A DNA stretch of 64,000 nt, from the NCBI RefSeq assembly GCF_009914755.1, contig NC_060936.1; one strand, 5' to 3'. The notes under the pieces were generated by a model. The model was given only the letters and a program-made list of their open reading frames with translations, was not told the DNA's origin and searched no databases. A program made the position numbers and the translations under genes. This document shows, one piece after another, positions 1 to 11,184 of the stretch; the stretch's first letter is position 1, and each line of letters begins with the position of its first letter. The DNA is from the human T2T-CHM13v2.0 reference genome, Homo sapiens.

Positions 1-1236
1 AGCTAATAAGTGGTAGAACTGGGATTTTACTTCAAACAGTCTTGCTTAGAACTTGAATGCTAATCTTGGGTGCTATTCTGCCCTCCTAACTTGGGGACAC
101 TACTTTTCTGAGCTCCAAAGCAGGCAAGGCAAGAATGTTTAATACTGTTTCCAAGTGCTAAATTCTTGAGGAAGTCACTGGGTGAATTGTAATATACTCA
201 TGTAACATTATGTAACATGACAAAAACAAGATCCAAAAGTGTTCTTCATAGTATTTCTCTTATCCACCCTCAACAAAGGGAGCTCAAACAGTAACTCAGT
301 GAACACAGCTAATGTGATTTGAAATCCAGATTTCCTAAAATGAATAGCATTGATGATTGGGTGTGATTTCTGTCATTGACCCCTGTTTTACTTACTTCAT
401 AGCATGTGCAGCAGTCTATGATCTTGTTTATATGTTTATTTGACTTTGCATTGCTGGCCTCCCCTGCTAGAGTGACAGCAAGGAACAGTCTGCTTTGTTC
501 ATCTGCGTGTCTTCAGAACTTAGCATAGAGTCTGGAATGGTAGGTGCTGAAAAATTTTTTTAGTAAATAATTCCCCAAAGGCAAAGAATTCTGTCTAAGA
601 ACATGGACTCAAGATCTTCAAATATAAATTATGACTACGAAGAGTCATTGTTGCTTAAGGAGTTACTAGCAGAGCATTCTGGACCAGAGTTGGAGAGCAG
701 GGTGTTGACACTTCTAGTTGTTTTTTTCTTCTTTATAAGCCCTGATGTCAGGGCCAGTCCCTGGAGCTGTTCTGCAGGATCCATCCAAACCCTGTCCACA
801 TAGGCAGTTGAGGCCTTTCTACAGTTGACAAAGTGAGTGGACAGAAAGGAAGATCTTCCCCACACCTCCAGCACTGTTTAGTTCAAAGCTCTCTGCTGCT
901 GTCTCCAATCAATTATCTCCAACCAGAACTGAAAGACAAAACACTTCATGGTGCGTTTCTGCAGCAAGAGTTGCATCTGGCTTCCTGCTACCAGATTCAT
1001 TTTTTCTCAGCACTTCTGGAAACACAGGACTTATGTGGACAAACCAAGCCTTGCATTGCAGCCCAAGCTATTTCAGGGCACACCAAAACCTGTGGTCGGT
1101 GGCCTCCCTTTTCAGCCTCCTCTACCTTTGCTTTTCAGTGTCTCTACCCCCTGAGCAGCATATAAGGGGGAAAAAGGTGGCACTTGACCTAGACACATTT
1201 TCAACTCAAGGAAGAGATTAACAAAACTATATTATT

Positions 1237-2298
1237 TATTGGGGAACCTGCCCCGTAGGTTCTTTTCTATTTTCCTTAAGCATCAGCCAGCTTGAGAAAT
1301 AAAGGGACAGAGTACAAAAGAGAGAAATTTTAAAGCTGGGCATCCGGGGGAGACATCACATGTCGGTAGGTTCCATGATGCCCCACAAGCCGCAAAAACC
1401 AGCAAGTTTTTATTAGGGATTTTCAAAAGGGGAGGGAGTGTGCAAATAGGTGTGGGTCACAGACATCAAGTCCTTTACAAGGTAATAGAATATCACAAGG
1501 CAAGTGGAGGCAGGGCAAGATCTCAGGACCACAGGACCAAGGTGAAATTAAAATTTCTAATGAAGTTTCGGGCACCATTGTCATTGATAACATCTTATCA
1601 GGAGACAGGATTTTGACAGCAACCGGTCTGACCAAAATTATTAGGCGGGAATTTCCTCTTCCTAATAAGCCTGGGAGTGCTATAGGAGACTGGGGTCTAT
1701 TTCACCCCTAGAGTCTTGACCATAAAAGACAGGTGCACCTTGGGGGGGCCGTTCATAGGCCTATACCTCCAGGCGCGTATTCTCCTTCTCAGGGATGTTC
1801 TTTGCTGAGAAAAAGAATTCAGCAATATTTCTCCCATTTGCTTTTGAAAGAAGAGAAATATGGCTCTGTTCCTCCCAGCTCACTGGCAGTCAGAGTTTAA
1901 GGTTATTTCTCTTATTCCCTGAACAATTTCTGTTATCCTGTTCTTTTTTCAAGGTGCCTAGATTTCATATTGCTCAAACACACATGCTGTACAATTTGTG
2001 CAGTTAATGCAATTATTACAGGGTCCTGAGGCGACATACATCCTCCTCAGCTGACAGGATTAAGAGATTAAAGTAAAGACAGGCATAGGAAATCACCAGG
2101 GTATTGACTGGGGAAGTGATAAGTGTCCATGAAATCTTTACAATTTATGTTTAGAGATTGCAGTAAAGACAGGCATAATAAATTATAAAAGTATTAATTT
2201 GAGAAACTAATAAATGTCTATGAAATCTTCACAATCCACGTTCTTCTGCCATGGCTTCAGCCGGTCCCTCTGTTTAAGGTCCTTGACTTCCCGCAACA
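1237..2298 (-). mobile_element. MER11-family (HERV-K11/HML-8) solo LTR
   Basis: Minus strand begins TGTTGCGGGAAGTCAAGGACC and ends GGGGCAGGTTCCCCAATA; 6-bp TSD ATTATT at 1231-1236 and 2299-2304. Confidence 0.88.
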
Positions 2299-2984
2299 AT
2301 TATTTATTCCAGTATTTTCTCTAAATAAATCTGAAACTCAAACTCTAATTACATCATAATTTTAAAAAACCTGATAGCTGTTCTAAGCTTTGGTTTCACA
2401 AACTGCTGGGCCAGTCCTAACCTTCTCATTTATGTCCTGTAACACTGCATCCCTTTATTTCCCCTAAGCACGCTGTGCCACACCACTGCACCTTTGCCCT
2501 TGCTCTTTCCTTGGCCTGGGACACCATGACCCCAGCCCTTCTCTGCCTTCCAAGCTTCAGCTCAGATGTCACAGACACTTTGAAATTTCCAGATGCTTCT
2601 ATGTACCCCTCTCAGGTCTCCCTTTGTTTTAGCACTTACTATATTGTATTTAACAGTCTCTTTATTGTCTGCCTCCTCCATTAGACTGCAAGCAATTCCT
2701 TGAAAGCAGGAATCATGTCTTTCTCATTTCTTGCTCACAGTTCCTGGCATAAAGTCTAGCATGTAGAGAGAACTCAATAAATATTGATTGGAATGAGTCG
2801 TATTGCTTAAAAGCCACGATGCTCTCACTGTCTGACCTATTTTTTTCTGCATTCAAAGCTCTTGGAAGCAACAGAAACATTTTAAGTGACTTTGAATATG
2901 AGAACTTCTGAAGATGTAATCTTTTGTTATTTCTCTTCCTTTTCAGGAACCTCTTTCAGGAGCTATAAAAGAAAGGGAGGAATC

Positions 2985-3173
2985 ATGTCCACAATTGCAG
3001 CTTTCTATGGCGGCAAGTCCATTCTCATCACGGGGGCCACAGGCTTTCTGGGCAAAGTGCTGATGGAGAAGCTGTTTCGCACCAGCCCAGACCTGAAAGT
3101 CATTTACATCCTTGTGAGGCCCAAGGCTGGCCAGACACTGCAGCAGAGGGTTTTCCAGATCCTAGACAGTAAG
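2985..3173 (+). CDS. FAR2: FAR2 first coding exon (exon starts at 2947 with 38 nt of 5'UTR); MSTIAAFYGGKSILITGATGFLGKVLMEKL...LDSK
   Basis: Acceptor ttttcag|G at 2946/2947, ATG at 2985 in aatcATGt context, Rossmann motif TGATGFLG, donor AAG|gtatgc at 3173/3174; 189 nt, phase 0. Confidence 0.97.
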
Positions 3174-4643
3174 GTATGCCTTATAGGAAAGCGTGTGTGA
3201 TGGGCAATGCCTTAGGGCAAGATGATTCACTACAATGTTCTCTTATAGTCTCATATTGCAAGTGGGGACCAGGCTACCTGCACAGGTAGAGGAAGGCAGA
3301 CAAAACAAGACAGCAACAAGCTGCTGGTGGAAATCGGTGTTTTCCCAAAGGAGGGAAAAGAGTGCTTAGTTTCAGTCCAGGGCAGGTGAGATTGTCTATG
3401 TCTGGAAACTACTAATTATCAAAATACTCAAACTCCCTGAGTGGATGCTTCAGCCTTAATATCTGCTGCAAGTTCATCTGAATTCTTCACTAATTTTCTT
3501 TTAAATTTAAGGTTGATTTCCTCCCCAAATTTTTTGGATATTCTTCTATTCTGTTCTATTCTATTGCTTAGGGAGCAGATGTGACTACTAAGTAGCCATG
3601 CAGTGATACTTTCAGTTGTCTAAACTCTACAAGGTTTAGCTGTTATATATTTTATTTATGGGAACTTTTGATATTTCTATTATCCAATAAGTTCTTCTAA
3701 GGTAAAAACATTGGAAATAAAATATTACATCTGTGAATGAGCATTTGGATATCAAACCCTCTCTCCTCTCGGAAAAAAAAGACATTATGCATATTCTCTC
3801 ATGTTTTAATTTATAAATTTCAAGGCAGTATAACCTTGGGTCTCAAACATATCTGGGTTCAAATTCTGGCTTATGAATTTGTTGTCATATCACCTCTTAA
3901 CCTTCAGATTTTAGATTTTCAAACTTTCCAATGTTTTAAATAAAAACAACAACTAATTTCATAGGAACTAAATGAGAAAATGTACATATGTTGTTCATAA
4001 TGCACTTTGGAATATAGGGGGTGACATAAGATTGGCAATAAGAAAATTCAGAGTTCCTTTTTTTACAATCTCCTTTCCAGTGTGTAGGAATGTTAACATC
4101 TATGATGCACATGTATCTGTTAGCACAGCACATTGTAGACTGCCCAGAAACACTGATGATCAAATTTATCTGCTTGCAACAGAATACGATTTTGTTACAA
4201 ACCATCATCAAGCAAATTGGAAAAGCCTCACATCTCATGGCTTGACTCAGCAGTGGGACAAAATAATCCTAACAGCTAACATTTACTGGATACTTAGTAC
4301 ATGGCACCTACTATCCAAAGGTCTTTTCACACCTTACTTCATGTATCTTTGCAATAACCCTGTGAAGTAAGAACCATTACTATTCTCATTTTATAGATGG
4401 GGAAACTGAGGCCTGAAGCTTTAACTTACCAAAGGTCTTCTACCTAGTAGAGGAAAAATTGGATTTCCAACCCTACAGCCTGACTCTAAGGCCAGCACAC
4501 TTGCTCCTGCCCCACACTGCCTTCGGGATAACTAATGGTTCTTAAAAGGCTGATATGACATAGAACCAAAACCTAGAATAAATTCCCAGATCCCTCTTCA
4601 GGCAGTTTTTCTCAGTTATCTACCCCTAATGCACTTTGTTTTC

Positions 4644-6581
4644 TTGGGGTTGATCTTCTCATGGAGTATCTTAATGGTGTTCTCTGTTTTTCCTGAATTT
4701 GCGTGTTGGCCTGTCTTGCTAGGTTGGGGAGGTTTTCCTGGATAATATCCTAAAATGTGTTTTCCAGCTTGTTTCCATTCTCCCCGTCTCCTTCTGGTAC
4801 TGCAATCAATTGTAGGTTTGGTCTTTTTATGAAGTCCCATATTTCTTGGAGGCTTTGTTCATTCCTTTTCATTCCTTTTTCTCTATTCTTGTCGGCATCT
4901 TATTTCAGTAAGGTGGTCTTTAAACTCTGATATCCTTTCTTCCACTCAGTTGATTCAGCTGCTGATAACTGTGTATGCCTTACGACATTGTTGTGCTGTG
5001 TTTTTCAGCACCATCTGGTCCTTCACGTTCCTCTCTAAACTGGTTATTCTAGTTAGCAATTCCTCTAACTTTTTATCAAGATTCTTAGCTTCTTTGCTTT
5101 AGGTTAGAACATGCTCCTTTAGCTCATCATAGTTTTATATTACTCATCTTCTGAAGCCTACTTCTGTCAATTTGTCCATCTGATCCTCCGTCCAGTTCTG
5201 CATCCTTGATGGAGAGATGTTGTGATCATTTGGAGGAGAAGAGGCACTCTGGCCTTTTGGGTTTTTGGCATTTTTTCCATTGATTCTTTCTTATCTTTGT
5301 GAGTTTGTCTAGTTTCAGTCTTTGAGGCTGCTGACCCTTGGATAGGGTTTTTGTGTGGGCCTTTTTGTTGTTGTTGTTCTTGATGTTGTTGTCGCTTTCT
5401 GCTTGTTTTTCTTTCAATGGTCAGGTTCCTCTTCTGCAGGGCTGCTGCAGTTTGCTGGGCATTCGCTTCAGGCCTTATTCATCTGATTTTCTGCTGTGCC
5501 TGGAGATGTCACTCAAAGAGGCTGGAGAGCAGCAAAGATGGGTCCCTGCTCCTTCTCCTGGGACCTCTGACCTCGAGGGGCACCAGCCTGATGCCAGTAG
5601 GATTGCCCCTGTATAGAGTGTCTGACAACCCCTGTAGGAAGGTCTCACCCTGTTGTGGCATTGGGAGTAGGACCGTTTAACGAACCACTTTGTCCCTTGG
5701 TGGAGAGGGTGTGTTTCACTGGGGGGAAACCCACTTGTCTGGGTTGCCCTGATTCCTCAGAACTACCAGGAGGAGAGGCTAAGTCTGCTGGTCCACAGAG
5801 ACTGCAGCCACCTCTCCCCTTAGGGGCTCAGGACCAGGGAGATCAGAATTCTGTTCCTAAGCCTCTGGCTAGAGTTATTGGAGATCCTGCAGGGAAGCCC
5901 CTCCCCCACCAACGAGGAAGGATGGGTGGGGGTTAGGCCTGAAGAGGCACTCTGGCCGCAGACTGCCACAGTGTGTGTGTGGCTGCCACGGTGTGTAGGG
6001 CTGTGGGGACAAGTCTTGGGACCAAGCCATCCAGCCTTCCTGGCACTAGCAGGGGAAAAGCACAGCCTGGAGCTATAGAAATGGGTGCCACCCTTCCCCT
6101 GCCCAGGGAGCTTAGCCTGTTAGGCAGTTGCCAGTCCCAGTGCTGGCTGCTGCCCCTCCCCCAAGGAGCTCAAATGGCTTAGACAGCAGGTGATGGCAGC
6201 CAGGGCTCGTCGCCCCTCTGCCCCCAGGAGTTCAGTAGGCTTAAGCAGATTTTAGCTGAGAGGCTGTAAGAATCTGCACTTTCTCAGGTTGGGATGGTAG
6301 GCCCTGGTGGCCTGGGTTCCGGAGTGGGCTCTTCTGACCCATAGGTTGCACTGTTCCATGGAAAAAGCAGTTCCCCGGGCCGGGTAGCATGCTCACTCAC
6401 CACCTCCCTTGGCTGGGGAGAGGGGACTCCCCTTCGCCGTGTGGCTCTCAGGTGGGCCACCGCACCACACTGCTCTTCCTTCTCTTGGTGGGTCACACCA
6501 GCCTTCTAGTCAATTTTGATGAGAGAACCTGGATAACTCTGTTGCTGGCGAAGGATTCACACGGTTATTGTGTTTGTTTTT
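4644..6581 (-). mobile_element. Older primate L1 (L1P-type): 5'UTR plus first part of ORF1, 3'-truncated; main segment
   Basis: Minus strand carries ORF1 remnants (WDFIKRPNL...ENTF..IIQENLPNLAR in broken frames) and a GC-rich 5'UTR; interrupted by a younger L1. Confidence 0.85.
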
Positions 6582-7087
6582 CTTTTTCTTTTTTTTAATT
6601 ATACTTTAAGTTTTAGGGTACGTGTGTGCAGGTTTGTTACATATGTATACGTGTGCCATGTTGGTGTGCTGCACCCATTAACTCGTCATTTAACATTAGG
6701 TATATCTCCTAATGCTATCCCTCCCCCCTCCCCCCACCCCACAACAGGCCCCGGTATGTGATGTTCCCCTTCCTGTGTCCATGTGTTCTCATTGTTCAGT
6801 TCCCACCTCTGAGTGAGAACATGTGGTGTTTGGTTTTTTGTCCTTGTGATAGTTTGCTGAGAATGATGGTTTCCAGCTTCATCCGTGTCCCTACAAAGGA
6901 CATGAACTCATCATTTTTTATGGCTGCCTAGTATTCCATGATGTATATGTGCCACATTTTCTTAATCCAGTCTATCATTATTGGACATTTGGGTTGGTTC
7001 CAAGTCTTTGCTATTGTGAATAGTGCCGCAATAAACATACATGTGCATGTGTCTTTATAGCAGCATGACTTATAATCCTTTGGGTAT
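6582..7087 (-). mobile_element. L1PA (about PA4-5) 3' end, 5'-truncated; left part (poly(A), 3'UTR, end of ORF2)
   Basis: T-rich tail, then AATTATACTTTAAGTTTTAGGGTAC and typical L1PA 3'UTR; TSD TGTTTGTTTTT at 6571-6581 and 8132-8142. Confidence 0.92.
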
Positions 7088-7492
7088 TGTCAGGCCTCTG
7101 AGCCCAAGCTAAGCCATCATATCCCCTGTGACCTGCACGTACACATCCAGCTGGCCGGTTCCTGCCTTAACTGATGACATTCCACCACAAAAGATGTGAA
7201 AATGGCCTGTTCCTGCCTTAACTGATGACATTGTCTTGTGAAATTCCTTCTCCTGGCTCATTCTGGCTCAAAATCTCCGCCACTGAGTACCTTGTGACCC
7301 CCACTCCTGCCCGCCAGAGAACAATCCCCCTTTTTCCTTTACCTACCCAAATCCTATAAAACGGCCCCCACCCCTATCTCCCTTCGCTGACTCTCTTTTC
7401 GGACTCAGCCCGCCTGCACCCAGGTGAAATAAACAGCCTTGTTGCTCACACAAAGCCTGTTTGGTGGTCTCCTCAAATGGACGCGCATGAAA
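7088..7492 (+). mobile_element. HERV-H LTR (LTR7 family, LTR7Y-like U3), left arm
   Basis: Starts TGTCAGGCCTCTGAGCCCAAGC, TATA at 7355-7361, AATAAA at 7428-7433, ends GGACGCGCATGAAA. Confidence 0.95.
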
Positions 7493-7590
7493 TTTGGTGC
7501 CGTGACTCGGATCGGGGGACCTCCCTTGGGAGATCAATCCCGTCCTCCTGCTCTTTGCTCCATGAGAAAGATCCACCTATGACCTCAGGT
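7493..7590 (+). mobile_element. HERV-H internal leader with tRNA-His primer-binding site (PBS, 7495-7512)
   Basis: TGGTGCCGTGACTCGGAT is the 18-nt complement of the tRNA-His 3' end; followed by leader CGGGGGACCTCCCTTGGGAGATCAATCCC...GACCTCAGGT. Confidence 0.93.
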
Positions 7591-8002
7591 TGGCACCAAA
7601 TTTCATGCGCGTCCATGTGAAGAGACCACCAAACAGGCTTTGTGTGAGCAATAAAGCTTTTAATCATCTGGGTGCAGGCGGGCTGAGTCCGAAAAGAGAG
7701 TCAGCGAAGGGAGACAGGGGTGGGGCCGTTTTATAGGATTTGGGTAGGTAAAGGAAAAAGGTGGGTTGTTCTCTGGCAGGCAGGAGTGGGGGTCACAAGG
7801 TACTCAGTGGGGGAGCTTTTGAGCCAGGATGAGCCAGGAGAAGGAATTTCACAAGACGATGTCATCAGTTAAGGCAGGAACAGGCCATTTTCACTTCTTT
7901 TGTGGTGGAATGTCATCAGTTAAGGCAGGAACCGGCCATCTGGATGTGTACGTGCAGGTCACTGGGGATATGATGGCCTAGCTTGGGGTCAGAGGCCTGA
8001 CA
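7591..8002 (-). mobile_element. Second HERV-H LTR7-family LTR (7601-8002), inverted, with PBS stub (7591-7600)
   Basis: Reverse complement reads TGTCAGGCCTCTGACCCCAAGC...GGACGCGCATGAAA TTTGGTGCCA; TSD GGTAT at 8003-8007 matches 7083-7087. Confidence 0.95.
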
Positions 8003-8007
8003 GGTAT

Positions 8008-8130
8008 ATACCCAGTAATGGGATGGCTGGGTCAAATGGTATTTCTAGTTCTAGATCCCTGAGGAATCGCCACACTGACTTCCACAATGGTTGAACTAGT
8101 TTACAGTCCCACCAACAGTGTAAAAGTGTT
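8008..8130 (-). mobile_element. Same L1PA, right part after the LTR insertion
   Basis: ATACCCAGTAATGGG continues colinearly from TTTGGGTAT at 7087; minus strand encodes [42 protein letters not shown] (ORF2 C-terminus). Confidence 0.92.
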
Positions 8131-8142
8131 ATGTTTGTTTTT

Positions 8143-8199
8143 CGATGGGAGCCTCCAATCACCCCTGCTTCTAGTAGGCCATCTTGGTCGCACCTCTGG
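8143..8199 (-). mobile_element. Extreme 5' end of the same older L1
   Basis: Minus strand GACCAAGATGGCCTACTAGAAGCAG (YY1 motif); resumes after the TSD of the nested L1. Confidence 0.8.
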
Positions 8200-9434
8200 A
8201 CTTTGTTTTCCTCACATAGTAGACGTTTCGTGTTAGTCTGGGAGCTTTGTTGCCAACTATGCATTTCTAGATAAATATTGTGGCAGAGAGTCTTGTGGTC
8301 AACCCAATCTTTACCTACTGCTTCTTTCAATGCAGTGTTTTTTATAACACGGCAACATTGCTTTTGTTCTGGAAATCGTGATTATACTCTATGTAACTTA
8401 TCTGTGAAACTGCCTTGCAAATCTCAGCACCTGTTTTCACTATTGGGCTATTTACTGTCAGCTGTTGACTTTTATGAACAGTGGTTCTCAAAGTGTGGTC
8501 CCAATATCAGCAGCATTCAAGATCACCTGAGAACTATCTGTTGTGATCAGATGGTACTTAACAGCCTGGGCTTCAGAGGCAGACAGACCTGGGTGTGAAT
8601 CTCCATACGACCAATTGTGAGTTGTGTGATAGTGGACTAGATATATACTTTGCTGAGCCTTGGTTTCTTTATCTGTAAAATGCTGTAATAATACCTTGCT
8701 TACCCAGGGAGTCTCTGCGTCTTTCTCTCTTGCCCTCAAGCCTTTCTGGATTTAAGGTATGGCTTTTACCACTATTTCCTAGGGCCTCACTTTTTACTAA
8801 GTTAGGCTGTATACTAAGTTATGCCAAAAAAAGAAGTGTTTTTTTTCCCATAAATTTTTCCCTCAAAGAGTTGTGGGAGGAAGGGAATCTGATGTGTATA
8901 ATATAGTTGAAAAACACATCTACGGTAGATCACAAACCATGTCTACATGGCCATTTTGTGGGTAACAAGAACAGATTCTATCACCTGATTATTAATGCAC
9001 AAGCCATTAGCTATGCAAATATCTACTTTCTTGTCACTATATGGAATCTGATACCTGTAAAGAGATTTTCCATGGAAAAAAATATGTGCTTGATTTTATT
9101 GCTGCGTATCCCAAAACTGAAAAGTTTTTGCTACAAAATTGTGTATGCTTCAGAATATAAGAATGCTATCGCTGATTGGCTGTGGATAAAGCTCTGTGCA
9201 AATAAGGAATTATGCAAGAAGTAGTTACTGGCCATCTATGAGATTCAAGATATTATTGCTTGTATTCCCTTTGAAATTGAAAATTCAAAATAAAGACAAG
9301 ACAGATAAAATTGTATTTTTTTATATTTTTTAAGTTATGGGGATGAGCTATGTTTGAAAGGTGAAAGAAACCTCTAGATTTTATATATATATATATGTAA
9401 AATCTCTAGATTATATATATATATGTGTGTGTAT

Positions 9435-9490
9435 GTGCCACTGCACTCCAGCCTGGGCAACAGAGTGAAACTCTGTCTCAAAAAAAAAAA
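9435..9490 (+). mobile_element. Alu 3' fragment
   Basis: GTGCCACTGCACTCCAGCCTGGGCAACAGAGTGAAACTCTGTCTC plus A tail. Confidence 0.85.
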
Positions 9491-9493
9491 TAG

Positions 9494-9811
<318 letters not shown>

Positions 9812-10459
9812 ATAAAATAGTTTTAATGCATAGCTGACCTTGAGGCAAAATAAGGAAATCCGTAAGTGTCCAGAAATAACAAGAAAGTACACACCTACAC
9901 ACAAAAAGAGTGAGAAAAGTTGAACAAGCACACAAATATGACAAGTATTTATTGAGAGCCAAATGTATGTCAGGCACTTATTGCTTTGTGCCTGGGGAAC
10001 AGGGGCAATAAAGTAGAAAATAAAACAGGCATGGAATTGGCCTCACAGATCTTAAAGTCCAGTGAGGCAAACGAGTTTCATAAGAAACACATGTATATTT
10101 AAGTATTTTCAAAAGTACTGTGAAGACAAAGAACACGGCAATTTGAGAGAGAAAATAACAAGTGACGCCTGCTTTAAAATTATCTGCCGGAAAAGGACTC
10201 CAGAGATAGTGCCACTGGAGCTCAGGAAGAGTTAATATGTTCAAGAAAATGCAGGAGGGCATTTCTTTCAGGTAGATGCCTAGGCTCTGCCTACTTTGCA
10301 TGCTTCTATCTGACTATGTAAGGCAAAAATTTATAGAAGTATAATCATGCCTTTGCTGCAAAATGAGAAATAGACATTTAAGAAGAAATTTCCATCTCAT
10401 CGAATGAGCATTTTGGTGCTATAGTAATTGTTTCAATTTAAAACATTCATTTGTACATA

Positions 10460-10767
10460 TTTTCTTTCTTTTTTTTTTTTTTTTTTTTTGAGATAGGGTC
10501 TCACTCTGTTGCCCAGGTTGGAGTACAGTTCACAATCAGCTCACTGTAACCTTAAACTCCTGGGTTCAAAGGATTCTCTTGCCTCAACCTCCTGAGTTGC
10601 TGGGAATACAGGCACACACTGCCAAAGCTGGCTAATTTTCAAATTTTTGTACAGATGGGATCTCACTATGTTGCTTAGGCTGGTCTTGAACTTGTGGCCT
10701 CAAACAATCCTCCTGCCTCAGTCTCCCAAAGTGCTAGGATTACAAGTGTGAGCCACCACACCTGGTT
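10460..10767 (-). mobile_element. AluJ
   Basis: Diverged full dimer with poly-T. Confidence 0.9.
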
Positions 10768-10878
10768 TATATATATTTTCAATAGTTTTAATAAAATATG
10801 TTTATATTTAATAAGATATATTTATACAAATTTTCAGTAGTTTTATAACAACAAAGTCCCTTAGAGGCAGAGGATAGA

Positions 10879-11184
10879 CTTTTTTTAAATTTCTGAGACA
10901 TGGTCTCACTCTTATCACTAAGGCTGGAGGGCACTGCATGATCATTGTTCACTGCAGCCTCAACCTCCCGGGCTCACGTGATCCACCCACCTCAGCCTCC
11001 CAAGTAGCTGGGACCACAAATATGTGACACCATGCCCAGCTATTGTTTTTAATTTTTTTTTTTTTAAGACATGGTGGTCTCACTACATTGTACAGGCTGA
11101 TCTCAAACTCCTGGTTTCAAGCAATCTTCTGGTCTCAGCCTCCCAAAGTGCTGGGACTACAGGCATGAGCCACCACACCTGGCT
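10879..11184 (-). mobile_element. AluJ
   Basis: Diverged full dimer. Confidence 0.88.

Noticed and set aside
2886-2984. N-terminal extension of FAR2 in the ORF track (104-aa ORF)
   Set aside because: Begins at a GTG in the intron and runs through the pyrimidine tract and acceptor; the real start is ATG 2985.
7495-7512. tRNA-His gene fragment
   Set aside because: It is the retroviral primer-binding site; no tRNA body is present.
9372-9432. AT-rich quasi-palindrome before the Alu fragment
   Set aside because: Self-complementarity is mostly inherent to (TA)n repeats.
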